IMG/VR virus record: IMGVR_UViG_3300032226_000446
Span: 1-44,593 of that record
From: a virus
Taxonomy: Duplodnaviria > Caudoviricetes
DNA: 44,593 nucleotides
Reading direction: 5' to 3' (one strand)
Under the pieces are notes generated by a model, which made no database searches, was not told where the DNA came from, and saw nothing but the letters and a program-made list of their open reading frames with translations. Numbering within the stretch: the first letter of the stretch is position 1; each line of letters starts with the position of its first letter. Position numbers and translations under genes: made by a program. This document shows, piece by piece, positions 35,865 to 44,363 of the stretch.

Positions 35865-36982
35865 AACTAGGTCAAATCATAGTAGAGGCTAATATCGCGG
35901 CCAAACTCAAAGATCCCAAGACTATCAAGATGCTGGGTATTGCCATGCGTCATGACGGCACACTGCCTAAAAACAAAGTAGCAGGACTAGGAACTAAACC
36001 AACTGATGATCAGGTTATCAAATTGTGGAGTGAAATGCTAGATGATAGTCTTAGAAGTACAGACTACGGAGACTTATCTGCAGACAGTAAGTTTGACGAT
36101 TGGTTGACACGTTTATATATGAACGGCGTCGTTGACTACGAAGATATCAACGGTGAAGGCGGCGATGCTCTAGGAGCATGGAAAGCATTGAGCATTCGAG
36201 GAAAACTCAAAGAGCCACATCAAGATTTCAACAAGTTTAAGAGCCTTAAACAGATACAGGCTATAGTCCAGAACAGAGACTATCGAGAAGAACTGCGCCG
36301 TATCAAAGATGCTGAAGTTATTGAGAAGCACAAACGTGAAAAGAAAGAAACAACTCTAATTGATGACGATCGTTTTTTAATCACTCTACCCTACAACTAC
36401 GGTGCCTGCTACAACTTCAACAATGCTCATGGTTACAATGCATCCTTCTGCACAGGATCCAGTTCAGGCGCTCGTTGGTTTGAACGATATGCTCCGGAAG
36501 GCCCAATTATCTCTATCTATGATAAACAGAATCAAGAAGATGAAAACGGCAAGTGGCAGATGCATGCACCTACAGGACAGATGAACAACGGTAACCAAAG
36601 CCTAAGTTACAGCCGCGGCGATCAGAAATTCGCTGAACTGTTCCCTGGACTGATGAAAAACATCATCGCGGCCATGAGAAGTAATGCTGAAGAGATCAAA
36701 CAGAATTCAACTGAAATCACGAGGGGCGGCTATGACTTAGATAAAGCCATAGCTGACATCAAAGATAAGCTGCCCTACTCGTATGCTTCTGAGAAAGAAA
36801 AAGCTGAAGAACCAGAAGTAGAAGATCCCAATGACGGTCCAGGAACTTATCTGGTTACACAGCTTGCTTCAGGTAAAACTGCTCGGATTGAAGGTGAAAG
36901 CCGCCAAGATGTTATTACCAAACTAACAACACGCTATCCAGATAGTACTGAAGCAGACTACACTATCGAGAAGCAAAACTAA
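35861..36982 (+). CDS. hypothetical protein, possible internal head protein
   Basis: MKLGQIIVEA start; DFNKFKSL, FCTG, GP, KWQMH motifs. Confidence 0.75.
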   Translation: MKLGQIIVEANIAAKLKDPKTIKMLGIAMRHDGTLPKNKVAGLGTKPTDDQVIKLWSEMLDDSLRSTDYGDLSADSKFDDWLTRLYMNGVVDYEDINGEGGDALGAWKALSIRGKLKEPHQDFNKFKSLKQIQAIVQNRDYREELRRIKDAEVIEKHKREKKETTLIDDDRFLITLPYNYGACYNFNNAHGYNASFCTGSSSGARWFERYAPEGPIISIYDKQNQEDENGKWQMHAPTGQMNNGNQSLSYSRGDQKFAELFPGLMKNIIAAMRSNAEEIKQNSTEITRGGYDLDKAIADIKDKLPYSYASEKEKAEEPEVEDPNDGPGTYLVTQLASGKTARIEGESRQDVITKLTTRYPDSTEADYTIEKQN

Positions 36983-37080
36983 CATCTACCTTAGGACGTT
37001 ATCGTTACTATAGATGTGCCCGGCTGCTGGGCAGAGCGTTATGGGAGTCGTGCCCCGGAATGGCGTTCTAAGTGAGCACT
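36982..37080 (+). ncRNA. structured intergenic RNA of unknown class
   Basis: Three helices including a 10-bp stem with G-U pairs, plus a possible pseudoknot; fills the whole intergenic space. Confidence 0.55.
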
Positions 37081-37095
37081 TATTAAAGCATTGTG

Positions 37096-37740
37096 ATGAA
37101 AAAGATTGCGTTATTCTTGCATCAACCCAAATGCAGTGTACAAAGCGGCAATGGGATTATGCAAGCACTAAGTTCTCATTACAGTTTTAAAATCTTTACC
37201 CGCCATGAAGTTGAGCGGGATTTCTTTGACGATGTAGACTGTGTTTGCATACCCGGAGGCATAGGCGATGCCAGCAGTTTTGATTATCTGTTCAGTGAGA
37301 ACGCAGATAGTGTCAAACAGTTTGTGCGTGGCGGTGGCAAATATCTAGGTATCTGTATGGGAGCCTATTGGGCCGAACACTATTACTTTGATCTACTCAA
37401 GGATATTCGTGCCGAACAATACATTACCCGTCCAGGCGCTGACACACGCAGGCCACACGCTAAGAATCAAAGAGTAATATGGAAGGGTCAAGAAGAACAT
37501 ATGTTCTTCTATGATGGCTGTGCCCTAGTAGGCCCTGGCATTGACTCAGCCAAAATATGGAGCCTGTACCCCAACGGTGATCCAATGGCCCTAATACAAG
37601 GTAATGTAGGCATAATGGGCTGTCATCTAGAAAGTGAACCACACTGGTATGACAGCTATAGTTGGATGAATAGCTGTTATCATAATGGTAATCATCATAA
37701 ACTTTTACTTGACTTTGTTGACGAATTAGTTTATAAATAA
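37096..37740 (+). CDS. BPL_N / class I glutamine-amidotransferase-like protein
   Basis: IPGG, FV..GGKYLGICMGAY, H.E. Confidence 0.8.
   Translation: MKKIALFLHQPKCSVQSGNGIMQALSSHYSFKIFTRHEVERDFFDDVDCVCIPGGIGDASSFDYLFSENADSVKQFVRGGGKYLGICMGAYWAEHYYFDLLKDIRAEQYITRPGADTRRPHAKNQRVIWKGQEEHMFFYDGCALVGPGIDSAKIWSLYPNGDPMALIQGNVGIMGCHLESEPHWYDSYSWMNSCYHNGNHHKLLLDFVDELVYK
37732..37739 (+). promoter_or_regulatory. T4-type late promoter TATAAATA
   Basis: Exact consensus upstream of the AGGAGG RBS and ATG 37760. Confidence 0.7.
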
Positions 37741-37759
37741 AGTATAGGAGGACTCAACC

Positions 37760-37918
37760 ATGAAACAGCGTAAATTATTAATGAAGCTGTACAAGGCTTG
37801 CGTCGACCATGATACCGAAACAGTTTCCGAACTTCGTAAAAAAGAGTTCGCTAAGATACGGAAACATAAGGCCGAAGGTAAGTCATTTACACGCAAATGG
37901 ACTTTGGTACAGATTTAA
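37760..37918 (+). CDS. 52-aa basic protein (MKQRKLLMKLYKACVDHD...)
   Basis: Not in ORF track; AGGAGG RBS and late promoter. Confidence 0.7.
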   Translation: MKQRKLLMKLYKACVDHDTETVSELRKKEFAKIRKHKAEGKSFTRKWTLVQI

Positions 37919-37962
37919 TCGATCTGTAATCTTACGTGCAAAAAACTGCGGTAAATATTGCT

Positions 37963-38808
37963 ATGCAAAGAACTTATCGCAGTATCTTTATTTCAGACGT
38001 ACATCTTGGCACTAAAGATTGTAAAGCTGAACAACTCAATAATTTTCTCAAACACAATACCTGCGACACACTGTATCTCATAGGTGATATTATAGATGCC
38101 TGGAAGATACAACAAAACAAGTGGCGTTGGAAACAAAGCCATACCAATGTAGTTCGCAGAGTCTTAGGACACGCTAAACGCGGTACTCGCGTAGTTTACG
38201 TAGCAGGTAACCACGATGAGTTCCTGCGTCCTATGATACCTTATGGTTTTAGTTTTGGCCTTATTGAAATACATAATCAAACAGAACACATAGGTGCTGA
38301 TGGCAAACACTATCTAGTAGTACACGGTGATCTATTTGATGGTATTACCAGACTAGCCCCGTGGATAAGTTTTTTAGGAGACAAAGCATATGATATCGTC
38401 CTTACAATCAATAGTAAATTTAATTGGATTCGTCGTCGTATGGGGTTTGGGTACTTTAGCCTTAGCAAGTTTCTTAAATATAAAGTCAAAAAAGCAGTAG
38501 ACTTTATATTTCAGTTTGAAAAAAATCTAGCAGGTTATTGTAAGAAACGTGGTTTTGATGGAGTGATCTGTGGACACATACATCATGCAGAAATAAAACT
38601 TATAGACGATATTGTTTATATGAACGACGGTGATTGGGTAGAATCAATGACAGCACTAGTTGAACACTGGGACGGTCATTGGGAAATCGTAACATGGACC
38701 AAGGAGCGAGATGATGTGGTTGATGATATTGATAGCGGTACACATAAGCAATCCTCAAGACGTACCAGGAAGAATAACCTTACAGTTCCTAACACAACAA
38801 CAATGTGA
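37963..38808 (+). CDS. plcP: PlcP-like Mn-dependent phospholipase C (LpxH-like metallophosphoesterase)
   Basis: SDVHLG, GDIID.W, GNHDE, HGDLFD, LGD.AY, SLS..LK.KVK.AV, CGHIH; followed by a GT4 gene. Confidence 0.75.
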   Translation: MQRTYRSIFISDVHLGTKDCKAEQLNNFLKHNTCDTLYLIGDIIDAWKIQQNKWRWKQSHTNVVRRVLGHAKRGTRVVYVAGNHDEFLRPMIPYGFSFGLIEIHNQTEHIGADGKHYLVVHGDLFDGITRLAPWISFLGDKAYDIVLTINSKFNWIRRRMGFGYFSLSKFLKYKVKKAVDFIFQFEKNLAGYCKKRGFDGVICGHIHHAEIKLIDDIVYMNDGDWVESMTALVEHWDGHWEIVTWTKERDDVVDDIDSGTHKQSSRRTRKNNLTVPNTTTM

Positions 38809-38887
38809 ACAGGCACTACAGAGTATGACCTACTGGTTAAAGTTTGAAAGTTTCAAGGTTGAAGGAAGATGTCAAAAACAATACTAA
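38711..38887 (+). CDS. 58-aa overlapping protein with hydrophobic N-terminus and two Cys
   Basis: Not in ORF track; AAGGAGCGA RBS; overlaps the plcP tail and the GT4 start. Confidence 0.6.
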   Translation: MMWLMILIAVHISNPQDVPGRITLQFLTQQQCEQALQSMTYWLKFESFKVEGRCQKQY

Positions 38888-39861
38888 TAGTCACAGATAA
38901 TTTACAGGATCAGATCAATGGAGTGGTTACGACCTACAAAAATATTGAGGCGATGGCGATTCGGGACAACTATCGTGTTGTATATCTTGATCCCGGGAGG
39001 TTCCGCTATGTTGATTGCCCTGGCTACAACGAAGTCAAGATTGCCTTTCCCAGGAAGGTGGGCAAGATACTTGAGGAGATCAATCCGGATCATATCCACA
39101 TCGCCACAGAGGGTCCTGTGGGTCTGCGTGTTAGACAATATCTTGACAAACATCATATTAGGTACAATACTGCTTATCATACTAAGTTTCCAGAAGGACT
39201 TAGAAAACTATTTGGTATCCCTGAAGCTGTTACTTGGCCTCTAGTACGTTGGTTTCACAAGCATAGTGGCAAGGTACTGACCACCACTGACAGTATGGTT
39301 CAACAATTACGTGATAATGGATTTGATGGAGAAATTATAGCATGGACTCGAGGTGTTGATAGAGACATATTTAAACCAGCAGAACGCAAATCAAATGTAA
39401 AATTTAAATTAGTTTGTGTCAGTCGAGTTAGCAAAGAAAAGAACCTAGAAGATTTCTTTAGGTTAGATTATCCTGGAGCCGAAAAGATCATGGTAGGCGG
39501 TGGCCCAATGTTAGAAGAGTACCGTAAATCTTATCCAGATATTACTTTTGTAGGTTACAAGACAGGATATGAACTTGCAGAATATTATCAACAGGCTGAT
39601 GTATTTGTGTTTCCTAGCCGTTGGGAAACATTTGGACTTGTTATGATTGAAGCGATGGCCTGTGGAACTCCGGTTGCGGCGTATCCTTGTCAAGGACCAT
39701 TGGATGTCATAGACGAAGGAATCACAGGTTACATGAATGAAAATTTAGTGCAGGCAGTGGCTGCTGCTATAAAACTAGATAGACAACAAGTCTGGCAAGG
39801 AAGTCTAAGATGGAGTTGGGAACGAGCATGGGATATCTTTAGAGATAACCTAGTAAATTAA
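38869..39861 (+). CDS. GT4 glycosyltransferase (Agt-like glycolipid synthase)
   Basis: TD..Q.NGV, HIATEGPVG, YHT.FPE, RV..EKN, FPSRWETFGLV..EAMACG.PV. Confidence 0.85.
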   Translation: MSKTILIVTDNLQDQINGVVTTYKNIEAMAIRDNYRVVYLDPGRFRYVDCPGYNEVKIAFPRKVGKILEEINPDHIHIATEGPVGLRVRQYLDKHHIRYNTAYHTKFPEGLRKLFGIPEAVTWPLVRWFHKHSGKVLTTTDSMVQQLRDNGFDGEIIAWTRGVDRDIFKPAERKSNVKFKLVCVSRVSKEKNLEDFFRLDYPGAEKIMVGGGPMLEEYRKSYPDITFVGYKTGYELAEYYQQADVFVFPSRWETFGLVMIEAMACGTPVAAYPCQGPLDVIDEGITGYMNENLVQAVAAAIKLDRQQVWQGSLRWSWERAWDIFRDNLVN

Positions 39862-39902
39862 CTCGCCGGGCTGGTGGCGTAGAGTAGGACAAGTAGCCGG
39901 TC

Positions 39903-39924
39903 AGCCCCTTTCGGGGCTTTTTTT
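39903..39924 (+). terminator. intrinsic terminator
   Basis: AGCCCC-TTTC-GGGGCT followed by a T-run. Confidence 0.85.
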
Positions 39925-40612
39925 ATGACCTGAACAAATACTTCTTATGTAAATGTAGTCGTGCTTGATTATATTGAACAGCAGTTATAACTAGAGCAAC
40001 TGCCCAAGGTACTATTGTTGCGGCCCAAGGAACAAGTCCTGCCCACCAACTAGCCATTAATGGTTCTTTCATTAGCATCAACATAGCAACAGCAAACAAT
40101 ACAAAGCTACCAATAAACACAGTGTCAGGCCAACGTTGTAGAATCTTGCTGACCATAGTAGCACCAAACAAAATAATTGGCACACTGATTAGTAATCCGG
40201 CAATGACTAATACAAAACTTCCATTAGCGGCAGCGGCAATGCCTAGTGCGTTGTCTATACCCATAACAGCATCGGCAACTACAATAGTACTAATAGCACC
40301 CCAGAACGTATCCTTGGCTTCAATGTTGTGTTCGTCATTATTGAATACTAGTTTCCAACCAATCCATATCAATGCGGCTGCACCGATAGCACGTAGTCCT
40401 GGAATCATTAGTAGGTAAGTTAGTGCCGCTACTGATACAAAGCGTATAGCAATAGCACCAAAAGTTCCCCAAAAGATTGCCTTCTTGCGTAAGTGGTCTG
40501 GTAATTTGTTAGCCGCCATTCCGATAACAAGAGCGTTATCACCAGCTAATACAATGTCTATCAAAATGATAGCGAGAAATGCCCAAAGGGCTTGGAGTGT
40601 AAAGAGTTCCAT
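39923..40612 (-). CDS. terC: TerC family (YjbE/YkoY/Alx-like) Mn-related membrane protein
   Basis: IDIVLAGDNALVI, ADAVMGIDNAL.IA, GLLISVPII. Confidence 0.88.
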   Translation of the reverse strand: MELFTLQALWAFLAIILIDIVLAGDNALVIGMAANKLPDHLRKKAIFWGTFGAIAIRFVSVAALTYLLMIPGLRAIGAAALIWIGWKLVFNNDEHNIEAKDTFWGAISTIVVADAVMGIDNALGIAAAANGSFVLVIAGLLISVPIILFGATMVSKILQRWPDTVFIGSFVLFAVAMLMLMKEPLMASWWAGLVPWAATIVPWAVALVITAVQYNQARLHLHKKYLFRS

Positions 40613-40624
40613 AATCTTCCTTAA

Positions 40625-40716
40625 AAGTTATGGTCTCACCTCTTTGTCTATATACCGGGCGTTAGCCGTGTTGACGATATATAGAACCAGCACCTGCTGG
40701 TTAGTTACTCCCCAAA
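40625..40716 (-). ncRNA. yybP-ykoY manganese riboswitch
   Basis: Minus strand UUUGGGGAGUAAC...CGUCAACAC...GGUGAGACCAUAAC hallmarks directly upstream of a TerC gene. Confidence 0.85.
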
Positions 40717-41421
40717 TGTATTTAAAAGTTTTTTTATGCCATGTAAATTTTTATAAGTCAACACAGCATCGCTCATTGAATTTACGCTATCGAGAATTTT
40801 TTTATTCCAAACTTGTTTTAACGGCATCACATTTACATGAACGAAGAATAAACTAGTTTCGTTATCTATTTTTGCTGTGGTCTGTGTTTCAAAACGGAAA
40901 TACAGATCATCTATATTTGTAGGAATAATTTCTTTTTTATTATCGGGATGATTACTAAGATCTGGATTTATTGTAATAGACCATACCCAACGACGAAAGC
41001 TAGGCTGTTCACACATGACTCTTGAAATACCAGGACTGGCCTTTACCAACAGTTCGCCATCGGCAACAGGTTTATGTATGTCTCCTAACAGCATACCTAT
41101 TCGTTCACTGGGTTTGAATCCGCTAGGAAAACAAAAACAAATTGCAGCTAATTTACCTTTGTGCATCACCGCTACATCTTCTTCTAACATAAGAGCAAGG
41201 TCTATGATATGATCTGTATACACATTACAGTATTCGGCAGATTTTTTAACTACGTGTTCGATTCTTGGTTCTTGAGCCCAAAGGTCTGCGCTGTATTTTT
41301 CTAATTCAATTTTTTTCTGTTTAATTATTTCTTGGTTGGGATGAGATATGAAAACAGGTCCTGTATTGCGAATCATATTAGGACCTGTTGTGTAAGGAAC
41401 TTTGACGAAATCAGTCTGCAT
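40705..41421 (-). CDS. DUF3445 / heme-dependent oxidative N-demethylase alpha-like protein
   Basis: EED, CFPSGF.P.E.IG, IH.PV, R..WSI, FR.E.QT. Confidence 0.7.
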   Translation of the reverse strand: MQTDFVKVPYTTGPNMIRNTGPVFISHPNQEIIKQKKIELEKYSADLWAQEPRIEHVVKKSAEYCNVYTDHIIDLALMLEEDVAVMHKGKLAAICFCFPSGFKPSERIGMLLGDIHKPVADGELLVKASPGISRVMCEQPSFRRWVWSITINPDLSNHPDNKKEIIPTNIDDLYFRFETQTTAKIDNETSLFFVHVNVMPLKQVWNKKILDSVNSMSDAVLTYKNLHGIKKLLNTFGE

Positions 41422-41767
41422 GTCTAGTAATATAATTTACTCGTATTTTCTTTGGATGAAAATATTCCTGCACTACCTGTTTGGCTGTTTCTTGGTTAAA
41501 AGGTTTGCAACTAAACACATCAAAATAGGCTGTGCCATCTAGTTCCATAAAATGACCACAGATATTTGATGTTGTGATCAACTGCATAAGACTGTAGCCT
41601 TGTTTAGAATCTCCGGGAAGGAGATATTCAATCACAGGTTCTCCGTGTGCGACCATGTCTATGCGTTCTACTAGATCTTTGATAAACTGATATATGTTAT
41701 CTCTGCTTGAAATTTCTTCGATTTCACAACCTGAACAGTCTAACATCAAATGATAACCCCAATACAT
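41411..41767 (-). CDS. speD: S-adenosylmethionine decarboxylase proenzyme-like protein
   Basis: GYHLMLD, QLITTSNICGHF (pyruvoyl Ser site), DVFSCK.F. Confidence 0.75.
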   Translation of the reverse strand: MYWGYHLMLDCSGCEIEEISSRDNIYQFIKDLVERIDMVAHGEPVIEYLLPGDSKQGYSLMQLITTSNICGHFMELDGTAYFDVFSCKPFNQETAKQVVQEYFHPKKIRVNYITRHAD

Positions 41768-41808
41768 TTCTATCTCCTTTTTACAGGGTTATTTATTAAA
41801 CTAGTAGT

Positions 41809-42396
41809 TTATCGATCTACAATAATATCGTAGACTTCTCGCCAATTTTTAACTACAGGAATATCAGGATTATCGAAGTCTAGACTATGACCGTGTTCCA
41901 TCAAGATACTTTTGAGTCCTAGATTGTGACCTACTTCACAGTTGATTTTCTTGTCCTCGATCCAATAATACCCAGAGTCGCGATAAGGTTCTAAAGCTTC
42001 GTCTTTGTCTGCTCCTGTGTCTAAGAACACAAACTTTTCAAAAGCAGTCTTACCAAAAAGTTTTTGTAGGTTCATTTTGCGCAGAGCCTGTGCATTTTCA
42101 TCCTTGCTCAAACTAGTGATAGCATGAAACACAAACCCGTGTTCTTCATGTAATCGTTTAATATAATACATTGCATCACGCAAGGGAGGCAGGAATCCAA
42201 TGGCTGCACTTTCATTGAAAATGCGTATGAGTTTTTTGGCTTGATCTTTTTCGATGCCGTATCTAGTGCCCATATCGTATTTGAACTGTGAGCCTTCTTG
42301 TTTATTGAAGCCGTGCTGTAGCATCCAAACATCAAAGGCATATTCCCAATCTAATGCTACGCCGTCTATGTCTGTGAGTATGATTTTGGTTTTCAT
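41809..42396 (-). CDS. HAD-superfamily phosphatase (T4 gp30.2 / 5'-nucleotidase-like)
   Basis: LTDIDGV, ITS, K, WIEDK. Confidence 0.8.
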   Translation of the reverse strand: MKTKIILTDIDGVALDWEYAFDVWMLQHGFNKQEGSQFKYDMGTRYGIEKDQAKKLIRIFNESAAIGFLPPLRDAMYYIKRLHEEHGFVFHAITSLSKDENAQALRKMNLQKLFGKTAFEKFVFLDTGADKDEALEPYRDSGYYWIEDKKINCEVGHNLGLKSILMEHGHSLDFDNPDIPVVKNWREVYDIIVDR

Positions 42397-42402
42397 AATC
42401 AT

Positions 42403-42431
42403 ATTATATACGCATTTAATAATTTTGTCAA
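42403..42431 (-). promoter_or_regulatory. sigma70 promoter TTGACA-17-TATAAT (leaderless)
   Basis: -35 at 42426-42431, -10 at 42403-42408; ATG at 42396 sits at the expected +1. Confidence 0.8.
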
Positions 42432-42478
42432 CCTATGCTGTACCGCCATAAATAATGAGCAAATTAGGAGAAACCGAA

Positions 42479-43774
42479 ATGGAATCAACACACCTACAGA
42501 CAGTTAGAAAATTGAAAGCCTATCAAATACAAAAAGATTGGGCTACCAATGATAGATGGAATGGGGTTAAAAGACCTTTTACAGCAGATGATGTGGTGAA
42601 TCTACAAGGTTCACAAGTTTATCCAGATCAATTCGCTGTCAACCAAGCCAATAAATTATGGAATTTATTGAACACAGAATCTTACGTAAACACCCTGGGC
42701 GCATTGACAGGTATGCAGGCCCTACAGCAGGTCAAAGCAGGACTCAAAGCCATATACCTTTCCGGATGGCAGGTAGCAGGTGATGCTAATCTAGCAGGTG
42801 AAATGTATCCCGATCAATCACTGTATCCCGCTGATTCAGTGCCTGCAGTAGTAAATAAAATCAATAATACATTCCGCAGAGCAGATCAGATACAGTGGAT
42901 GGAAGGAGTAGGAGATAGAGATTTCTTCGCTCCTATTGTTGCTGATGCTGAAGCTGGATTTGGTGGAGTGTTAAATGCTTTTGAACTAATGAAGGCCATG
43001 ATCCGTGCGGGCGCCGCAGGAGTTCATTTTGAAGATCAATTAGCGTCCGCAAAGAAATGTGGACATATGGGAGGAAAAGTTCTTGTACCAACCAGAGAAG
43101 CAGTCAATAAACTTGTTGCCGCTCGTCTCGCTGCTGATGTTATGGGAGTTCCTACTCTTGTTATTGCTAGAACGGATGCCGAAGCCGGTGATCTTATTAC
43201 TTCAGATGTTGATAGCAATGACGTTCCTTTTCTTACTGGTGAAAGAACTGTGGAGGGTTTCTATCGAACCCGAGCAGGATTCGATCAAGCAGTTAGCAGA
43301 GCCCTTGCCTACGCACCCTACGCAGATCTCGTATGGTGTGAAACAGGGAAACCCGACCTTGATTTCGCAAGAAGATTCGCAGAAGCAATCCATAAAGAGT
43401 TTCCGGGCAAAATGCTAGCCTATAACTGTTCGCCTTCCTTTAATTGGAAGAAGAATCTAGACGATGCTACTATTGCCAAGTTCCAGCGCGAACTAGGTGC
43501 AATGGGCTACAAATTCCAATTCATTACCTTAGCAGGATTCCATAATCTCAACAATGGTATGTTTGAATTGGCGCATGGTTATGCTCGTGAAGGTATGACA
43601 GCATTCGTTGAGTTACAAGAGCGTGAATTCTCTAATGCTGCTCGAGGATTTGAAGCAGTCAAACATCAACGTGAAGTTGGTACAGGCTACTTCGACCGGG
43701 TTACTACTACTATTGAAGCAGACTCATCTACGCAGGCCTTAAAAGGCAGCACAGAGGAAGAACAATTTCATTAA
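42479..43774 (+). CDS. aceA: isocitrate lyase
   Basis: [28 protein letters not shown] catalytic loop, [14 protein letters not shown]; AGGAG RBS. Confidence 0.97.
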   Translation: MESTHLQTVRKLKAYQIQKDWATNDRWNGVKRPFTADDVVNLQGSQVYPDQFAVNQANKLWNLLNTESYVNTLGALTGMQALQQVKAGLKAIYLSGWQVAGDANLAGEMYPDQSLYPADSVPAVVNKINNTFRRADQIQWMEGVGDRDFFAPIVADAEAGFGGVLNAFELMKAMIRAGAAGVHFEDQLASAKKCGHMGGKVLVPTREAVNKLVAARLAADVMGVPTLVIARTDAEAGDLITSDVDSNDVPFLTGERTVEGFYRTRAGFDQAVSRALAYAPYADLVWCETGKPDLDFARRFAEAIHKEFPGKMLAYNCSPSFNWKKNLDDATIAKFQRELGAMGYKFQFITLAGFHNLNNGMFELAHGYAREGMTAFVELQEREFSNAARGFEAVKHQREVGTGYFDRVTTTIEADSSTQALKGSTEEEQFH

Positions 43775-43775
43775 A

Positions 43776-44363
43776 ATGATAGTTTATATTCACGGAGCGA
43801 GTGCGACAGCAGAAAGTTTTACGCACATTAGGCATTATGTCAGAGATGAGTTTGAAGAACCTGACATAATGCTTGAATATAAAAGTGACGACGGATTCAC
43901 ACATAATTTATCTGAGATGAAAGGTAAATTAGATGGTGCTGAACGGTTATTCTTTATCAGTCATAGTCTCGGTGGGATATATGCTTTACACCTAGCTGAT
44001 CATTATAAAGATACTACATGCGGTGGTGTTAGTTTAAGTACTCCGTATGGCGGAAGCAAGGAAGCAGATTTCGCCCGATATTTCCTTCCATTTAATCGTT
44101 TAATGAAAGACATCGGAACAGCTAGTCATCCGATGATCAGGGCTAGAGAATTGCCAGCTCCGCCAAATTGGACTCAGATTATTTCCACTGTTGGTCAAAG
44201 TCCTTGGATACATGATGATAACGACGGAGTGGTAACATTGGAAAGTATGCGCTATCGAAAAGACTTTGAAAAGATCGAAGTGCCGCTGAATCATTATGAA
44301 ATCGTTATCAGTGATAAAGTAGTTGACATAATTTTAGATAGAATAAAGCATTCATTACAATGA
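43776..44363 (+). CDS. alpha/beta hydrolase (esterase/lipase-like)
   Basis: IHGA, SHSLGG, STPYGGS, NDGVV, H. Confidence 0.85.
   Translation: MIVYIHGASATAESFTHIRHYVRDEFEEPDIMLEYKSDDGFTHNLSEMKGKLDGAERLFFISHSLGGIYALHLADHYKDTTCGGVSLSTPYGGSKEADFARYFLPFNRLMKDIGTASHPMIRARELPAPPNWTQIISTVGQSPWIHDDNDGVVTLESMRYRKDFEKIEVPLNHYEIVISDKVVDIILDRIKHSLQ

Noticed and set aside
36982-37080. Assignment as a pistol, hatchet or SAM/SAH motif
   Set aside because: Only partial word matches; helix order and conserved cores do not fit convincingly.
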